A stretch of DNA of 64,000 nt from an uncultured Gemmatimonadales bacterium (GTDB lineage Bacteria; Gemmatimonadota; Gemmatimonadetes; Gemmatimonadales; GWC2-71-9): contig CAWJMT010000012.1 of assembly GCA_963844035.1 (NCBI GenBank), forward strand, positions 64,001 to 128,000, read 5' to 3'. The notes under the pieces were generated by a model that worked only from the letters and a program-made list of their open reading frames with translations, was not told the origin of the DNA and did not search any database. This document shows, one piece after another, positions 9,807 through 20,152 of this stretch. The position numbers were made by a program, and so were the translations under genes. Each line of letters starts with the position of its first letter. Within the stretch, counting starts at the first letter, position 1.

Positions 9807-11093
9807 ATGCAAGGACAAGCCTTACCCGGCTTTCGCGACTTCTACCCCGACGAGCTTGCCCTCCGCACTCACATCTTTACCACGTGGCGTCGCGTCGCCG
9901 CTCGGTACGGTTTTGAGGAATACGATGGGCCGCCGCTCGAGCCGCTCGACCTCTACACCCAGAAAAGTGGTGAGGAAATCGTCGGCCAGCTGTACGAGTT
10001 CACCGACAAGGGGGACCGGCACGTCGCGCTGCGCCCGGAGATGACCCCCACGCTCGCCCGGATGGTTGGGGCGAGGGCGCAAGCGCTGAAAAAGCCGATC
10101 CGCTGGTTCTCGATCCCGCAGCTGTTCCGCTATGAGCGGCAGCAGCGCGGCCGGCTGCGCGAGCACTTCCAGCTCAACATGGACCTGATCGGCGAGGCGG
10201 GGCCGCTCGCGGACGCCGAGCTGATGGCCGCCGCCGTGGACATCATGCGGGCGTTCGGCCTTGGCCCGGGAGACGTGAAGCTCCGCATCTCCGACCGCCG
10301 CGTGTTGCGGGCCCTGCTGCTCGGCCGCGGGATTCCTGAGGCCCAACTGCCGGCCGCGTTCGCCGTCATCGACAAGAGCGAGCGTGTCCCGAAGGAAGCC
10401 CTGCCGGAGGTCTTCGCGAAGGCCGGAATCGCACCGGCAGAGATGGCGATTGTGGTCGAGGTCGCGAATCTGCGCAGCATCGAACAGGTGACCGCGGCCC
10501 TGGCCAAGGTCAAGGACGGCGAGGCGGCGGGCGAGCCGCTGCGCGAGGCAATCGCGGCGCTCGATGCGATGGGTCTAGGGGAGTTCGTCCAGGTCGACCT
10601 GACCATCGTCCGCGGGCTCGCGTACTACACCGGGATCGTGTTCGAGCTGTTCGACGCCGGCAAATCGCTGCGGGCGATCTGCGGGGGCGGGCGGTTCGAC
10701 GGGTTGCTGAAAGCCCTGGGTGGGGTCGATCTTCCGGCCCTCGGCTTCGGGATGGGCGACGTGGTGTTGGGCGAGCTGCTGCGGGAGCGCAAGGTCGTGG
10801 TGGAGGCGCCCAGCCGGCTCGACGCATTCCTCGTCGCGGTGGGCAGCGAGGACATCCCGGCCGTCCTGAAGCTCGCGCACGAGCTGCGCGACCGCGGGGT
10901 GGGGGTCGAGTACGGGCTGCGCCACGCCGCGCTCCGCAAGCAGATGGAGCTCGCGTCCGCGCGCAGCGCGCCCCGGGCCATCATCATCGGTCCCGACGAG
11001 AGGAAAGCGGGGGAAGTGGTGGTACGAGATCTCAAAGGGGGCGCAGAGGAGCGCGTGCCCATGGCAAACTTGTTGACCGGATATTTCCGCTAA
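9807..11093 (+). CDS. hisS: Histidine--tRNA ligase
   Basis: LRPEMT, FRYERQQRGRLREHFQ, RGLAYYTG and GGGRFD motifs. Confidence 0.96.
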   Translation: MQGQALPGFRDFYPDELALRTHIFTTWRRVAARYGFEEYDGPPLEPLDLYTQKSGEEIVGQLYEFTDKGDRHVALRPEMTPTLARMVGARAQALKKPIRWFSIPQLFRYERQQRGRLREHFQLNMDLIGEAGPLADAELMAAAVDIMRAFGLGPGDVKLRISDRRVLRALLLGRGIPEAQLPAAFAVIDKSERVPKEALPEVFAKAGIAPAEMAIVVEVANLRSIEQVTAALAKVKDGEAAGEPLREAIAALDAMGLGEFVQVDLTIVRGLAYYTGIVFELFDAGKSLRAICGGGRFDGLLKALGGVDLPALGFGMGDVVLGELLRERKVVVEAPSRLDAFLVAVGSEDIPAVLKLAHELRDRGVGVEYGLRHAALRKQMELASARSAPRAIIIGPDERKAGEVVVRDLKGGAEERVPMANLLTGYFR

Positions 11094-12586
11094 TGGCTCA
11101 GGCCCAGCGCATCACGCCGCGCACGCAGGACTTCAGCGAGTGGTACAACGATGTCATCGTGCAAGCCGAGCTGGCGGACTACTCGCCGGTGCGGGGCTGC
11201 ATGGTGATCCGGCCCCACGGCTACCTGCTGTGGGAGCTGATGCAGCGCGCCCTGGACGACATGTTCAAGGCGACCGGGCACAAGAACGCCTACTTCCCGC
11301 TGTTCATCCCGATGAGCTTCCTCGCGAAGGAGGCGGAGCACGTCGAAGGATTCGCCAAGGAAGTGGCGCTCGTAACCCACACGCGCCTCAAGGCCACGGG
11401 CAAGACGGGCGCCCAGGCGATCGAAGTGGACCCCGAGTCCAAGCTCGAGGAGCCCCTCGTCGTGCGGCCGACGTCGGAGACGATCATCTACGCGATGTTC
11501 TCGAAGTGGATCCAGAGCTACCGCGATCTGCCGCTGCTGCTGAACCAGTGGTGCAACGTGGTGCGCTGGGAGCTGCGGACCCGGTTGTTCCTGCGGACCA
11601 CCGAGTTTCTCTGGCAGGAAGGGCACACCGCGCACGCGACCGAGGCCGAGGCCGAGACCGAGGCGCGCCAGATGCTCGGCATCTACCGCAAGTTCCAGGA
11701 AGAGTGGATGGCGATGCCCGTGCTCACCGGCCGCAAGACCGAAAGCGAGAAGTTCGCCGGCGCGCTGCGCACCTTTGCGGTCGAAGCGCTGATGCAGGAC
11801 AACAAGGCGCTGCAGGCCGGCACGTCGCACAACTTGGGTCAGAATTTCGCCAAGGCGTTCAACGTGCAGTACCAGACGGCGGCCGGCGGCCTGGAGTACG
11901 TGTGGAACACCTCGTGGGGCGTCTCGACGCGCATGATCGGCGGCCTGATCATGACCCACAGCGACGACAACGGGCTCATCTGTCCCCCGCGGCTCGCGCC
12001 GATCCAGGTGGTGATCGTGCCGATCTGGAAGTCGGATGAAGAAAGGTCTCAGGTGTCAGGTGTCGGGTCTCAGGTAAAAGCTGAACTGGAGAAAGCGGGG
12101 ATCCGAGTCGAGTTGGATTTGCGGGACAGCGTGAAGCCCGGGGCGAAGTACTTCGAGTGGGAAGCGAAGGGGGTGCCGCTCCGCCTCGAGGTCGGCCCGC
12201 GCGACGTAGCGGCGAAACAGGTCATGGGCGCGCGCCGCATCGGGGGCAAGAATCCCGTCATGCTCGAGGACATCGCGCCCCGGGTCGCCGCGGCGCTCGC
12301 CGAGATTCAGGCATCGCTCTTCAAGTCGGCCAAGGATCGGCGAGAGGCGAACTCGATCCGCGGCGTGACCAAGGCGCAGTTGATGGACCTCATGAAGGGG
12401 AAGGGCGGGTTCGCCTACGGCGGGTTCTGCGGCTCCGGCAAATGCGAGGCCGAGATCAAGCAGGCCACCGCGGCGACCATCCGGGTGCTGCCCGATCCCG
12501 AGTTCCAGTCGCCCCAGGCCCCGACGACGTGCATGTGGTGCGGCGCCCCGAGCATCGCGGAGGCGGTGTGGGCGCAGGCGTACTAG
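11093..12586 (+). CDS. proS: Proline--tRNA ligase, archaeal/eukaryotic type
   Basis: HVEGFAKE, RPTSET, EFLWQEGHT, QAGTSHNLGQNF, SWGVSTR; C-terminal Cys cluster and terminal Tyr. Confidence 0.96.
   Translation: MAQAQRITPRTQDFSEWYNDVIVQAELADYSPVRGCMVIRPHGYLLWELMQRALDDMFKATGHKNAYFPLFIPMSFLAKEAEHVEGFAKEVALVTHTRLKATGKTGAQAIEVDPESKLEEPLVVRPTSETIIYAMFSKWIQSYRDLPLLLNQWCNVVRWELRTRLFLRTTEFLWQEGHTAHATEAEAETEARQMLGIYRKFQEEWMAMPVLTGRKTESEKFAGALRTFAVEALMQDNKALQAGTSHNLGQNFAKAFNVQYQTAAGGLEYVWNTSWGVSTRMIGGLIMTHSDDNGLICPPRLAPIQVVIVPIWKSDEERSQVSGVGSQVKAELEKAGIRVELDLRDSVKPGAKYFEWEAKGVPLRLEVGPRDVAAKQVMGARRIGGKNPVMLEDIAPRVAAALAEIQASLFKSAKDRREANSIRGVTKAQLMDLMKGKGGFAYGGFCGSGKCEAEIKQATAATIRVLPDPEFQSPQAPTTCMWCGAPSIAEAVWAQAY
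12045..12075 (+). repeat. Heptamer tandem array GGTSTCR x4.4 inside proS
   Basis: ggtctca ggtgtca ggtgtcg ggtctca ggt; encodes SQVSGVGSQV. Confidence 0.75.
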
Positions 12587-12589
12587 GGT

Positions 12590-13825
12590 TTGACCCCGGC
12601 GCTGCTCCGCGCCATCGCGGAGCGGGTGGGCACGCCCGCGTACGTCTACAGCGTCAACCTCATCCAGGCCCAGTACCACGCGCTGCACGACGCGCTGCAG
12701 GGCGTCCCCCACCGGATCTGCTACTCCGTGAAAGCCAACGGCAACCTCGGCGTGCTGCGGGTCCTGAAGCAGCTCGGCGCGGGCGCCGACATCGTGTCGG
12801 CCGGCGAGTTGAAGCGCGCTCTCGCCGCGGGGTTCGATCCCGGGTCGCTGGTATTCTCGGGGGTCGGCAAGACCGCGGCGGAGTTGGCGGAGGCGATCCG
12901 GGTCGGCGTGGGCTATCTCAACATCGAATCGGCGCGAAGAGCTGGACGCGCTGCTCGCGGCCGCGGCAGCACGTCGGCAAGCCCGCGTCGGTCGGGATCC
13001 GGGTGAACCCCGACGTCTCGGCGGACACGCACCCCTACACCAAGACCGGCGAGAAGACCGCCAAGTTCGGGGTCCCGTTCGACGAGGTGGTCCCGCTCGC
13101 CCGCCGCATCGCGGGCGAACGCATGCTGGTGCTGCGCGGCCTGGCGATGCACATCGGATCGCAGATCACCGATGTCGAGCCATACTCGCGCGGCACCGCC
13201 AAGCTGCTCGAGCTGGTGGCGGCCCTGCGCGCCTCCGGCATCGACACCCTCGACGCACTCGACGTGGGCGGCGGGCTCGGCATCCGCTACCACAATGAGA
13301 AGGCACCCACCCCGAAAGCGTTCGCGGACGCGGTGGCGCCCAAAGTGAAAGCCGCGGGACTCGGCTTGTTGTGCGAGCCGGGGCGCTACCTGGTGGCGAA
13401 CGCCGGCGTGCTGTTGACCAAGGTCCTGTACCGCAAGCATGCCGGTGGCAAGGAATTCGTCGTGGTGGACGCGGGGATGAACGACTTCGTGCGGCCCAGT
13501 CACTACAACGCCTACCACGAGATCGTCCCGCTCGCCGACCGCGGAGCGCCCGCGGAGGCGGTGAACATCGTCGGCCCGATCTGCGAGTCGGGTGACTTCC
13601 TCGCGCTCGATCGCACGCTGCCGGGGGTGACGGCCGGGGGAGTACCTCGCGGTGCTCGGCGCCGGCGCGTATGGCTTTGCGATGAGCTCCAACTACAACG
13701 CACGGCCGCGGCCGCCCGAAATCCTGGTCGAAGGGGACCGCTACTACATCGCGCGTCCGCGCGAGACGCTCGACGACCTGATCCGGGGCGAGGTGCTCGA
13801 CCCCACGACATGGTACCAGACGTGA
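12590..13825 (+). CDS. lysA: Diaminopimelate decarboxylase (apparent frameshifts near 12935-12965 and 13640, probably sequencing indels)
   Basis: YSVKAN PLP lysine, [21 protein letters not shown] and MSSNYN distributed across frames; TGA at 13823-13825. Confidence 0.92.
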
Positions 13826-15377
13826 ACGGGATCCTGATCCTCGACTACGGGTCGCAGTACACCCAGCTGATCGCGCGGCGGGTGCGCGAGGCGCATGTGT
13901 ACTGCGAGATTCACCCGCCGCACCCGCGACCTGGCGTTCATCAAGCAGTTCGCCCCCAAGGGGATCATCTTCTCCGGCGGGCCGAACTCGGTGTTCGATC
14001 CGCGGCGCGCCCACCGCCGACCCGCGGATTCTCGACCTCGGCGTCCCCGTGCTCGGGATTTGCTACGGCATGCAGCTGCTGGCGCACGCTCGCCGGCGGC
14101 AAGGTGCAGCCGTCATCGGAGCGGGAGTACGGCCGGGCAGAGGTCGAAGTGCGGGAGACGAGCGGGTTATTCGCGGGGTTCGAGCCGCAGGCGTCTATCA
14201 CGGTGTGGGCGAGCCACGGCGACCGGATCGAGGAGCCCCCGCCCGGGTTCCGCGTGACGGCCGTGAGCGCCAACGCGCCGGTCGCCGGGTTCGTACATCA
14301 GACCAAACCGATCTTCGGCATCCTGTTCCACCCCGAGGTGGCCCACACGCCGCGCGGCGGCGAGATCCTGCACAATTTCCTGTTCGGGATCTGCGGGTGC
14401 TCACCCGACTGGACCCCCGGGCACTTCGTCGCCCAGCAGGTGGCAGAAGATCGCGAGCGCTGGCGGGACCCAAGGCCCGGGCGATCTGCGGCCTGTCGGG
14501 AGGCGTGGACTCCGCGGTGGCGGCGGCGTTGGTGCAGCGCGCCATCGGCGACCGCCTCACCTGCATCTTCGTGGACCACGGCCTGCTGCGGCTGAACGAG
14601 CGCGAGCAGGTGGAGCGCACCTTCCGCGCGCACCTGGGCCTGGACCTGCGGACCGTGGACGCGAGCGCGCCGCTTCCTCGAGGTGCTGGCCGGCGTTGAG
14701 GACCCGGAGGAGAAGCGCCGCCGCATCGGGCACACATTCATCGACGTGTTCGAGGACGCGGCGCGGCACGTCGCGGGCGACGTCGGATTCCTGGTGCAGG
14801 GCACGCTGTACCCGGACGTGATCGAGTCCAGCTCCCCGACGCGGTGGACCGTCGGTGACCATCAAGACGCACCACAACGTCGGCGGCCTGCGCCCCGATC
14901 TGCCCTGGACGCTCATCGAGCCGCTGCGCGAGCTGTTCAAGGACGAAGTGCGGGAGGTGGGGCGCGAGCTGGGACTGCCGGATGAAATCGTGGGACGACA
15001 TCCATTCCCGGGTCCGGGCCTGGCGATCCGCGTGCTCGGCGCCGTCACCGAGGAGCGCCTCGATCTCCTGCGCCGCGTCGACGCGATCTACATCGCCGAG
15101 ATCCGCGAAGCCGGGCTGTACGACCAGATCTGGCAGGCGTTCGCGGTCCTGCTGCCGATCAAGTCCGTCGGCGTGATGGGAGACCACCGCACGTATGACC
15201 ACGTGGTGGCGCTGCGTGCCGTGACGAGCCGGGACGGGATGACGGCGGACTGGTTTGCGTTTCGCGCCGGAGGTGTTGGGGAAGATCAGCAGGCGGATCA
15301 TCAATGAGGTGAGGGGCGTGAATCGGGTGGTGTATGACGTCAGCAGCAAGCCGCCGGCGACGATTGAATGGGAATGA
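13822..15377 (+). CDS. guaA: GMP synthase (glutamine-hydrolysing), multiple apparent frameshifts
   Basis: [53 protein letters not shown] and KPPATIEWE* across frames. Confidence 0.93.
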
Positions 15378-15382
15378 CCAGG

Positions 15383-15434
15383 GACGCTAAGACGATAAGA
15401 CGCTAAGACGATAAGAGGCTACGAGGCTAAGAGG
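15383..15434 (+). repeat. Octamer tandem array downstream of the four-helix-bundle gene
   Basis: gacgctaa gacgataa gacgctaa gacgataa gaggctac gaggctaa gagg; the gene's stop codon lies in the last unit. Confidence 0.9.
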
Positions 15435-15792
15435 TGCGTGCCGCAGCAATCTTGCGGAGTAGCCCGTACACCACCTTCCCACATTCGTCGCGTGTTGCTT
15501 TGATCGGTGCCAACTGTACCTCCTCCAAGTATCCGAGCGCCTCCACCATCGCAAGAATCGCCTCGATTTCGTGCAGCGAGCTTCGCGCCATGTCGAGATA
15601 GCGACGAAACTCCTTCGGGCCGCGACGGCTCGCCCCCTCCGTGATGTTGAGCACAACGCTGTACGCGGCCCGCCGCCACTGATCCCCGAGCGCGAACCGC
15701 TCGGTCGCGGGCAGCATGTTGGCGGCTTTGCTGGATAGTACTGCGAGATCGACTGCCCGTTGCCAGGCTCGGAGCTTCCGAAAATCTCCCAC
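15427..15792 (-). CDS. Four helix bundle protein (23S rRNA IVP / S23-like family, structurally related to DGR Avd)
   Basis: FRKLRAWQRA, PATERFALGDQWRRAAYSVVLNITEG and EFRRYLDMARSSLHE family pattern; 121 aa. Confidence 0.92.
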   Translation of the reverse strand: MGDFRKLRAWQRAVDLAVLSSKAANMLPATERFALGDQWRRAAYSVVLNITEGASRRGPKEFRRYLDMARSSLHEIEAILAMVEALGYLEEVQLAPIKATRDECGKVVYGLLRKIAAARTS

Positions 15793-15866
15793 GGGCGGGA
15801 ATCTTGCACCGCGCCACCTTCAGCCGAACATCATTTCGCCGCACGGAGGCTCATTCCCACGCACTC

Positions 15867-15906
15867 TTAGCGTCTTGCAACTTGCGTCTTACCGTCTTAG
15901 CGTCTT
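15867..15906 (-). repeat. Inverted partner array (TTAGCGTC units) upstream of the four-helix-bundle gene
   Basis: ttagcgtc ttgcaac ttgcgtc ttaccgtc ttagcgtc; TTAGCGTC is the reverse complement of GACGCTAA. Confidence 0.85.
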
Positions 15907-15908
15907 TG

Positions 15909-16361
15909 TCAGATGCTCTTCTCCTCCAGCAGCTTCAGGAATTCCTGCGGCGTCTTCAATCGCGCCAACCGCTCCGCAATATCCGCTTCCTTCGCGAACT
16001 GGGCGATCTTGCCGAGCACGGGGAGATACTGGTTCGAGACCTCGAGCGGTGGGGCGACGATGAGAAAGAAGTAGTGAACCGGCTTGCCGTCGATGGAACC
16101 GAAGTCGATCCCCGAGAGCTTGCGGGCGAAGGCGACCCGCAAGTGGTCGACCACCAGCGAGCGGCAGTGGGGGATGGCGATGTTCTGGCCGATGCCGGTG
16201 GACCCAAGCGTCTCGCGGCGCTTCAGCATCTTGACGAGCATCGCGTCGGACTTTTCGTCCAGGTTGAGCAGGCCGACGAGCTCCTTTAAGACGTCGTCCT
16301 TGGCGGTGCTCTGGAGGTCGAGGTTGATAGCGTCTTCGGCGACGAACTCGCGTAGCTGCAC
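15909..16361 (-). CDS. PTS EIIA domain protein (PtsN/fructose-mannitol type)
   Basis: RETLGSTGIGQNIAIPHCR with phosphoacceptor His; IDFGSIDGKPV. Confidence 0.9.
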   Translation of the reverse strand: MQLREFVAEDAINLDLQSTAKDDVLKELVGLLNLDEKSDAMLVKMLKRRETLGSTGIGQNIAIPHCRSLVVDHLRVAFARKLSGIDFGSIDGKPVHYFFLIVAPPLEVSNQYLPVLGKIAQFAKEADIAERLARLKTPQEFLKLLEEKSI

Positions 16362-16441
16362 GGCAGGGGTTCTCCTTAGGTTGACGGGCGCAACGTAATG
16401 AATGGTTGCCCATGACGCAACGCGCCATTACGTTGTCCCGC

Positions 16442-17432
16442 ATGCGGTTCCCGTATCCCGTCGCACACGATGTGCCGCTCTTTTTGGCGCCCATGGCCGG
16501 CGTATCCGAGTCGCCGTTCCGGCTGCTGTGCCGGCGGTTCGGGGCGGACGTGGTCGTGTCGGAATTCATCTCCTCGGTGGGCGTGGCCCGGGGGATCGAT
16601 CGGGTGATCGATGACGCCCGGTTCGACCCCGCCGAGCGCCCGTACGGCGTGCAGCTCTACGGGGCCGAGGAGGACGTCATGGCGCGTGCCGCGGCGATGG
16701 TGACTGAGCGCGTGCAGCCGGACTTCCTGGACATCAATTTCGGCTGCCCGGTGAAGAAGGTCGTCCGCAACAACGGGGGCTCGGGCTGCCTCAAGGACTT
16801 GGAACTGGTGCAGCGCATCATCCGGGCGGTCCGCGCCGCGACCCACCTTCCGGTGACGGTAAAAATCCGCAGCGGGTGGGACGAGCTCAAGCGGGACCCG
16901 CTCACCATCGCGCTGCGCTGCCAGGACGCGGGCGCCCAGGGCCTGACCCTGCACGCGCGCACCCGGACCCAGATGTTCTCAGGGAGAGCGAACTGGGACG
17001 AGATCGCTCTGCTGGTCGAGCGGCTGGAGATCCCGGTGATCGGGAACGGGGACATCGAAACCCCCGAGGACGTGGTGGCCATGCACACGCCATACCCGGT
17101 GTGCCGGGGTCATGATCGCCCGCGGCTCGTTTGGCAATCCGTGGATTTTCGCGCAGGGCCGCGACCTGCTCGCGGGGAGGGCCAAGCGTCCCGATCCCAC
17201 CCCCGCGGAGCGGTTTGCCACGGCGCTCGAGCACGCGCGGCTGGCGGTGCGCACGCAGGGAGACACGCGCAAGACAGCGCTCGAGTTCCGGAAACACTTC
17301 GGCTGGTACACGAAGGGCGTGCCGGGCGCGTCGGGCCTGCGCGAGCAGCTGTTCCGCATCGAATCGATGGCCGAAGCGGAGATGATTTTCGCCGCCTCCC
17401 TCGAGGTCCGGGAGGTCGAGGCGGCGGCGTGA
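16442..17432 (+). CDS. dusB: tRNA-dihydrouridine synthase DusB (apparent frameshift near 17090)
   Basis: LAPMAGV, DINFGCP, VTVKIRSGW, LHART, IGNGDI; C-terminus (MIARGSFGNPWIF, RKHFGWY) in another frame. Confidence 0.92.
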
Positions 17433-18115
17433 GGCTCGACGACCTGGCGCGGCTGATCGAGCAGCTGCCCTTTGCTTCCATCGATCACCTCCGGCCCGCG
17501 ACGCAGGGGCATCAGGAGGTGATTTTTTGTCCCGGTAAGACGCCGGGGCAGGTGGCGGCGATCGCCGAGCGGTTGGAGGTCGCGGGCGGACAGTTCCTGG
17601 CCACGCGCGCCGACGCCGGCCAGATCGCCGCGTTGGCCGAGCGGTTTCCGCGCGCCGAGATCAATGAGCTGGGCCGCACCGTGTACCTGCCTCCGGACCC
17701 CGATCCCGCGCCCACTGGACGAGGTACGGTGTTGATCGTCACGGCGGGGACGAGCGATCTCCCGGTCGCTGAGGAGGCGGCCGTCACCGCACGCGCGTTT
17801 CGCAACCGGGTGGAGCGTCTCACCGACGTCGGCGTGGCGGGGATTCACCGCATCCTCACCCAGACCGACGTGCTGCGCAGCGCCGCCGTGATCATCGTGG
17901 TGGCGGGAATGGAGGGAGCGCTGCCGAGTGTGGTCGGCGGACTCGTGAAGGTGCCGGTGATCGCCGTGCCGACCAGCGTCGGCTACGGCGCGTCGTTTGG
18001 CGGCATCGCCGCGCTGCTCGGCATGCTGAACTCCTGCGTTGCCGGGATCACGGTCGTGAACATCGACAACGGGTTCGGCGCCGCCGCCGCGGCCAGTCGC
18101 ATCAACCACACATGA
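17429..18115 (+). CDS. larB: LarB-like (PurE-fold) nickel-pincer cofactor biosynthesis protein
   Basis: EVIFCPGKT, AGTSDLPVAEEA, DVGVAGIHR, AGMEGALPS, PTSVGYG, VNIDNGFGAA; GTG overlaps the dusB stop. Confidence 0.88.
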   Translation: MRLDDLARLIEQLPFASIDHLRPATQGHQEVIFCPGKTPGQVAAIAERLEVAGGQFLATRADAGQIAALAERFPRAEINELGRTVYLPPDPDPAPTGRGTVLIVTAGTSDLPVAEEAAVTARAFRNRVERLTDVGVAGIHRILTQTDVLRSAAVIIVVAGMEGALPSVVGGLVKVPVIAVPTSVGYGASFGGIAALLGMLNSCVAGITVVNIDNGFGAAAAASRINHT

Positions 18116-19632
18116 AGCAACCGGTGGTCTGGGTCGGGCGCGCTCTCGCCGTGCTCGGCCTCGCCGCCATCGTTCCTCCGTTCCTGCACGCCTCGCAGTG
18201 GGCGGTGCTCGCCGCGATCGGGGGATTCCTCGCAGCCACCGGCCTGGTGCTCGCGCCCCTCGTCCGCGTCTGGCTCGCCGAGCGTCCGCTCGCCCGTCCG
18301 TCCGACTTCACGCACCTCCTGGACCTGTTGCGCCGCGCGCACGGCGGCCGCGCCGGCTGGCTCGTCGGACTGCCGGAGGGCGATGCGGAGGTCGCGGGCG
18401 ACGACGATCTCGGGAAGGACGTGCGACAGCGCGGCGAAGGACTGGTGCAGCTCGCGTCGATTGATGGTCGGGCCCACGTGGAGCGCGACCGCGCCGGCAC
18501 CTATGTGGCGGTGGGAGACTTTCCGATCGGCGCAGGCGTACTGCTCGCCCAGCCCGACGCGACACCGGCACAGGCCGCGGCGGTGGTGGAGGAGCTGCGA
18601 CGCGTGGTGGCGGCCATGCGGCTCAGCGGGCAGCCCGAGCACGGGGAGCCGGCGCAGCTGGTGGCGAAGCAGCTGGCGGTGATCGCGGGCGGCGCGATGA
18701 CCCTCGAAGGCGTGGCGAAGGCGGGGGTCGAGCTGGCGCAGCAGTTCACGCACCAGGGGGCGGTCATCGTGCTTCAGGCCGTGGATCCGAAGCAGGCGAT
18801 TCACGTGTTCGCGGTGTCGACGGGCGCGGACAAGCGGCTGATGTCGTTGGCGGTTCCCGACAATTCGCCGGTGGCGCGCGCCATTCACTCGGGGTTGCGC
18901 GTCGTGTCGCATGGGGAAGAGGACGTGTTTGGTGCCACGATCGCCGACCGGCGGCGGCGCGAGCGGGCGGGGACCGCCTACCCCCTGATGGACGGCCATT
19001 TCGCGATCGGCGCGCTGGTCATCACGGGACCCCCGGCCGACCCCGACAGTCTCCTCGCCGAGCAGTTGGACCGCCTGGTCCTGGAGTTGGGCTCGCGCCT
19101 CGCTGCTGCCCGGGCGGTGTACGAAGCGGAGCAGCGTGCGGTGGTGGATGTGCTCACCGGGCTCCGCAATCGCCGTGAGCTGGAACGCCGCATCAGCCGG
19201 CATCGTTCGCTCGAGGGGCCGCGGCAGGCGTCGCTCATCTACCTCGACCTGGACCGGTTCAAGATGCTGAACGACACGCTGGGTCACGCGGCCGGCGATG
19301 CGGCGTTGCGACACATCGCCGCGATTCTTCTGTCGGCAGTGCGAGATCGCGACTTGGCCGCGCGCATCGGCGGGGAAGAGTTTGCGGTGTGGATGCCCGA
19401 GACGCCGCTCGCGGAGGGGCTCGACGTTGCTGAGCGCATCCGCCGCGCCATCGAGACGACCACGTGGCGCTGGAACGGCGAGCCGTACCCGATCACCGCG
19501 TCGTGCGGCGTGGCGGCCTACCCTGAAAGTGTCTCCGACATCAACAACTTGCGCGGCGCTGCGGACGCGGCGCTGTACCGCGCCAAGGAGGCGGGCCGCA
19601 ATCGAGTTGAAAAAGCTACGGCGGGCGGCTAG
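18112..19632 (+). CDS. Membrane-anchored diguanylate cyclase (2 TM, GAF-like region, GGEEF)
   Basis: DVLTGLRNRR, DLDRFKMLNDTLGHAAGD, RDRD I-site, GGEEF, ADAALYRAKEAGRN. Confidence 0.93.
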   Translation: MKQPVVWVGRALAVLGLAAIVPPFLHASQWAVLAAIGGFLAATGLVLAPLVRVWLAERPLARPSDFTHLLDLLRRAHGGRAGWLVGLPEGDAEVAGDDDLGKDVRQRGEGLVQLASIDGRAHVERDRAGTYVAVGDFPIGAGVLLAQPDATPAQAAAVVEELRRVVAAMRLSGQPEHGEPAQLVAKQLAVIAGGAMTLEGVAKAGVELAQQFTHQGAVIVLQAVDPKQAIHVFAVSTGADKRLMSLAVPDNSPVARAIHSGLRVVSHGEEDVFGATIADRRRRERAGTAYPLMDGHFAIGALVITGPPADPDSLLAEQLDRLVLELGSRLAAARAVYEAEQRAVVDVLTGLRNRRELERRISRHRSLEGPRQASLIYLDLDRFKMLNDTLGHAAGDAALRHIAAILLSAVRDRDLAARIGGEEFAVWMPETPLAEGLDVAERIRRAIETTTWRWNGEPYPITASCGVAAYPESVSDINNLRGAADAALYRAKEAGRNRVEKATAGG

Positions 19633-19635
19633 GTT
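19607..19635 (+). promoter_or_regulatory. Putative sigma70 promoter of ssrA
   Basis: TTGAAA-N17-TAGGTT ending 17 nt before the tmRNA 5' end. Confidence 0.55.
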
Positions 19636-19652
19636 GCGCTCGGTATCACTTT

Positions 19653-20013
19653 GGGGGCGACAGGCTTCGACGGGTTTGGCGATGGTATCGTTGCGTGCCC
19701 AGGTTCTCAGTCACCTGGTATAAACCACTGGGAAATTATTAACTGCCAATTCAAACCTGGCACTGGCTGCGTAAGCTTTTAGCTTCACGCACCTGCGTGA
19801 GTGGCAGCCCGCCTGAGGCGGCGCTCACGTATCGCAAAGTCGGGCTGGCGTAACCCGGGGTCTCAACGGGTTGCGTAAGAGTCAGGTAGAGGCTGGTCGC
19901 TGCCAGGGCTGACGATGCGCCGAGGTGGCGAGAACACAAGAAAGCGTCGTCTACGCACGTAGTAGCGCTATCGGAGTCTCTCTCGGACCGGGGTTCGATT
20001 CCCCGCGCCTCCA
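19653..20013 (+). ncRNA. ssrA: tmRNA; tag peptide (A)ANSNLALAA
   Basis: 5' GGGGGCG pairs with 3' CGCCTCC-A including a G3:U70 wobble; GGTTCGATTCC T-arm; tag ORF GCC 19745 to TAA 19774; CCA not encoded. Confidence 0.95.
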
Positions 20014-20033
20014 TGCAGACGACGGGAAGAGGG

Positions 20034-20076
20034 ACGGGGGAAGGGTGCCATCGGCGCTCTTCCCCCGTTTCATGTT
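20034..20076 (+). terminator. Terminator-like hairpin after ssrA
   Basis: acgggggaagggtgcc-atc-ggcgctcttcccccgt followed by ttcatgtt. Confidence 0.7.
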
Positions 20077-20152
20077 GCGTCGGTCCATGAGGCGGTCCGC
20101 CGGGGTAGAGAGGCTGTGGTCATCCTGCCTTTCCCGTACCTCGGAGGAACCT

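Noticed and set aside
12157..14595. 812-aa ORF joining lysA and guaA pieces
   Set aside because: Mosaic of frameshifted fragments; lysA has its own TGA overlapping the guaA GTG
15383..15906. Diversity-generating retroelement or CRISPR array
   Set aside because: No reverse transcriptase, TR/VR pair, cas genes or spacer-separated repeats in the window
16406..18115. Apparent DusB-LarB fusion ORF
   Set aside because: The genuine DusB C-terminus is in another frame (17112-17432); a frameshift near 17090 creates the fusion
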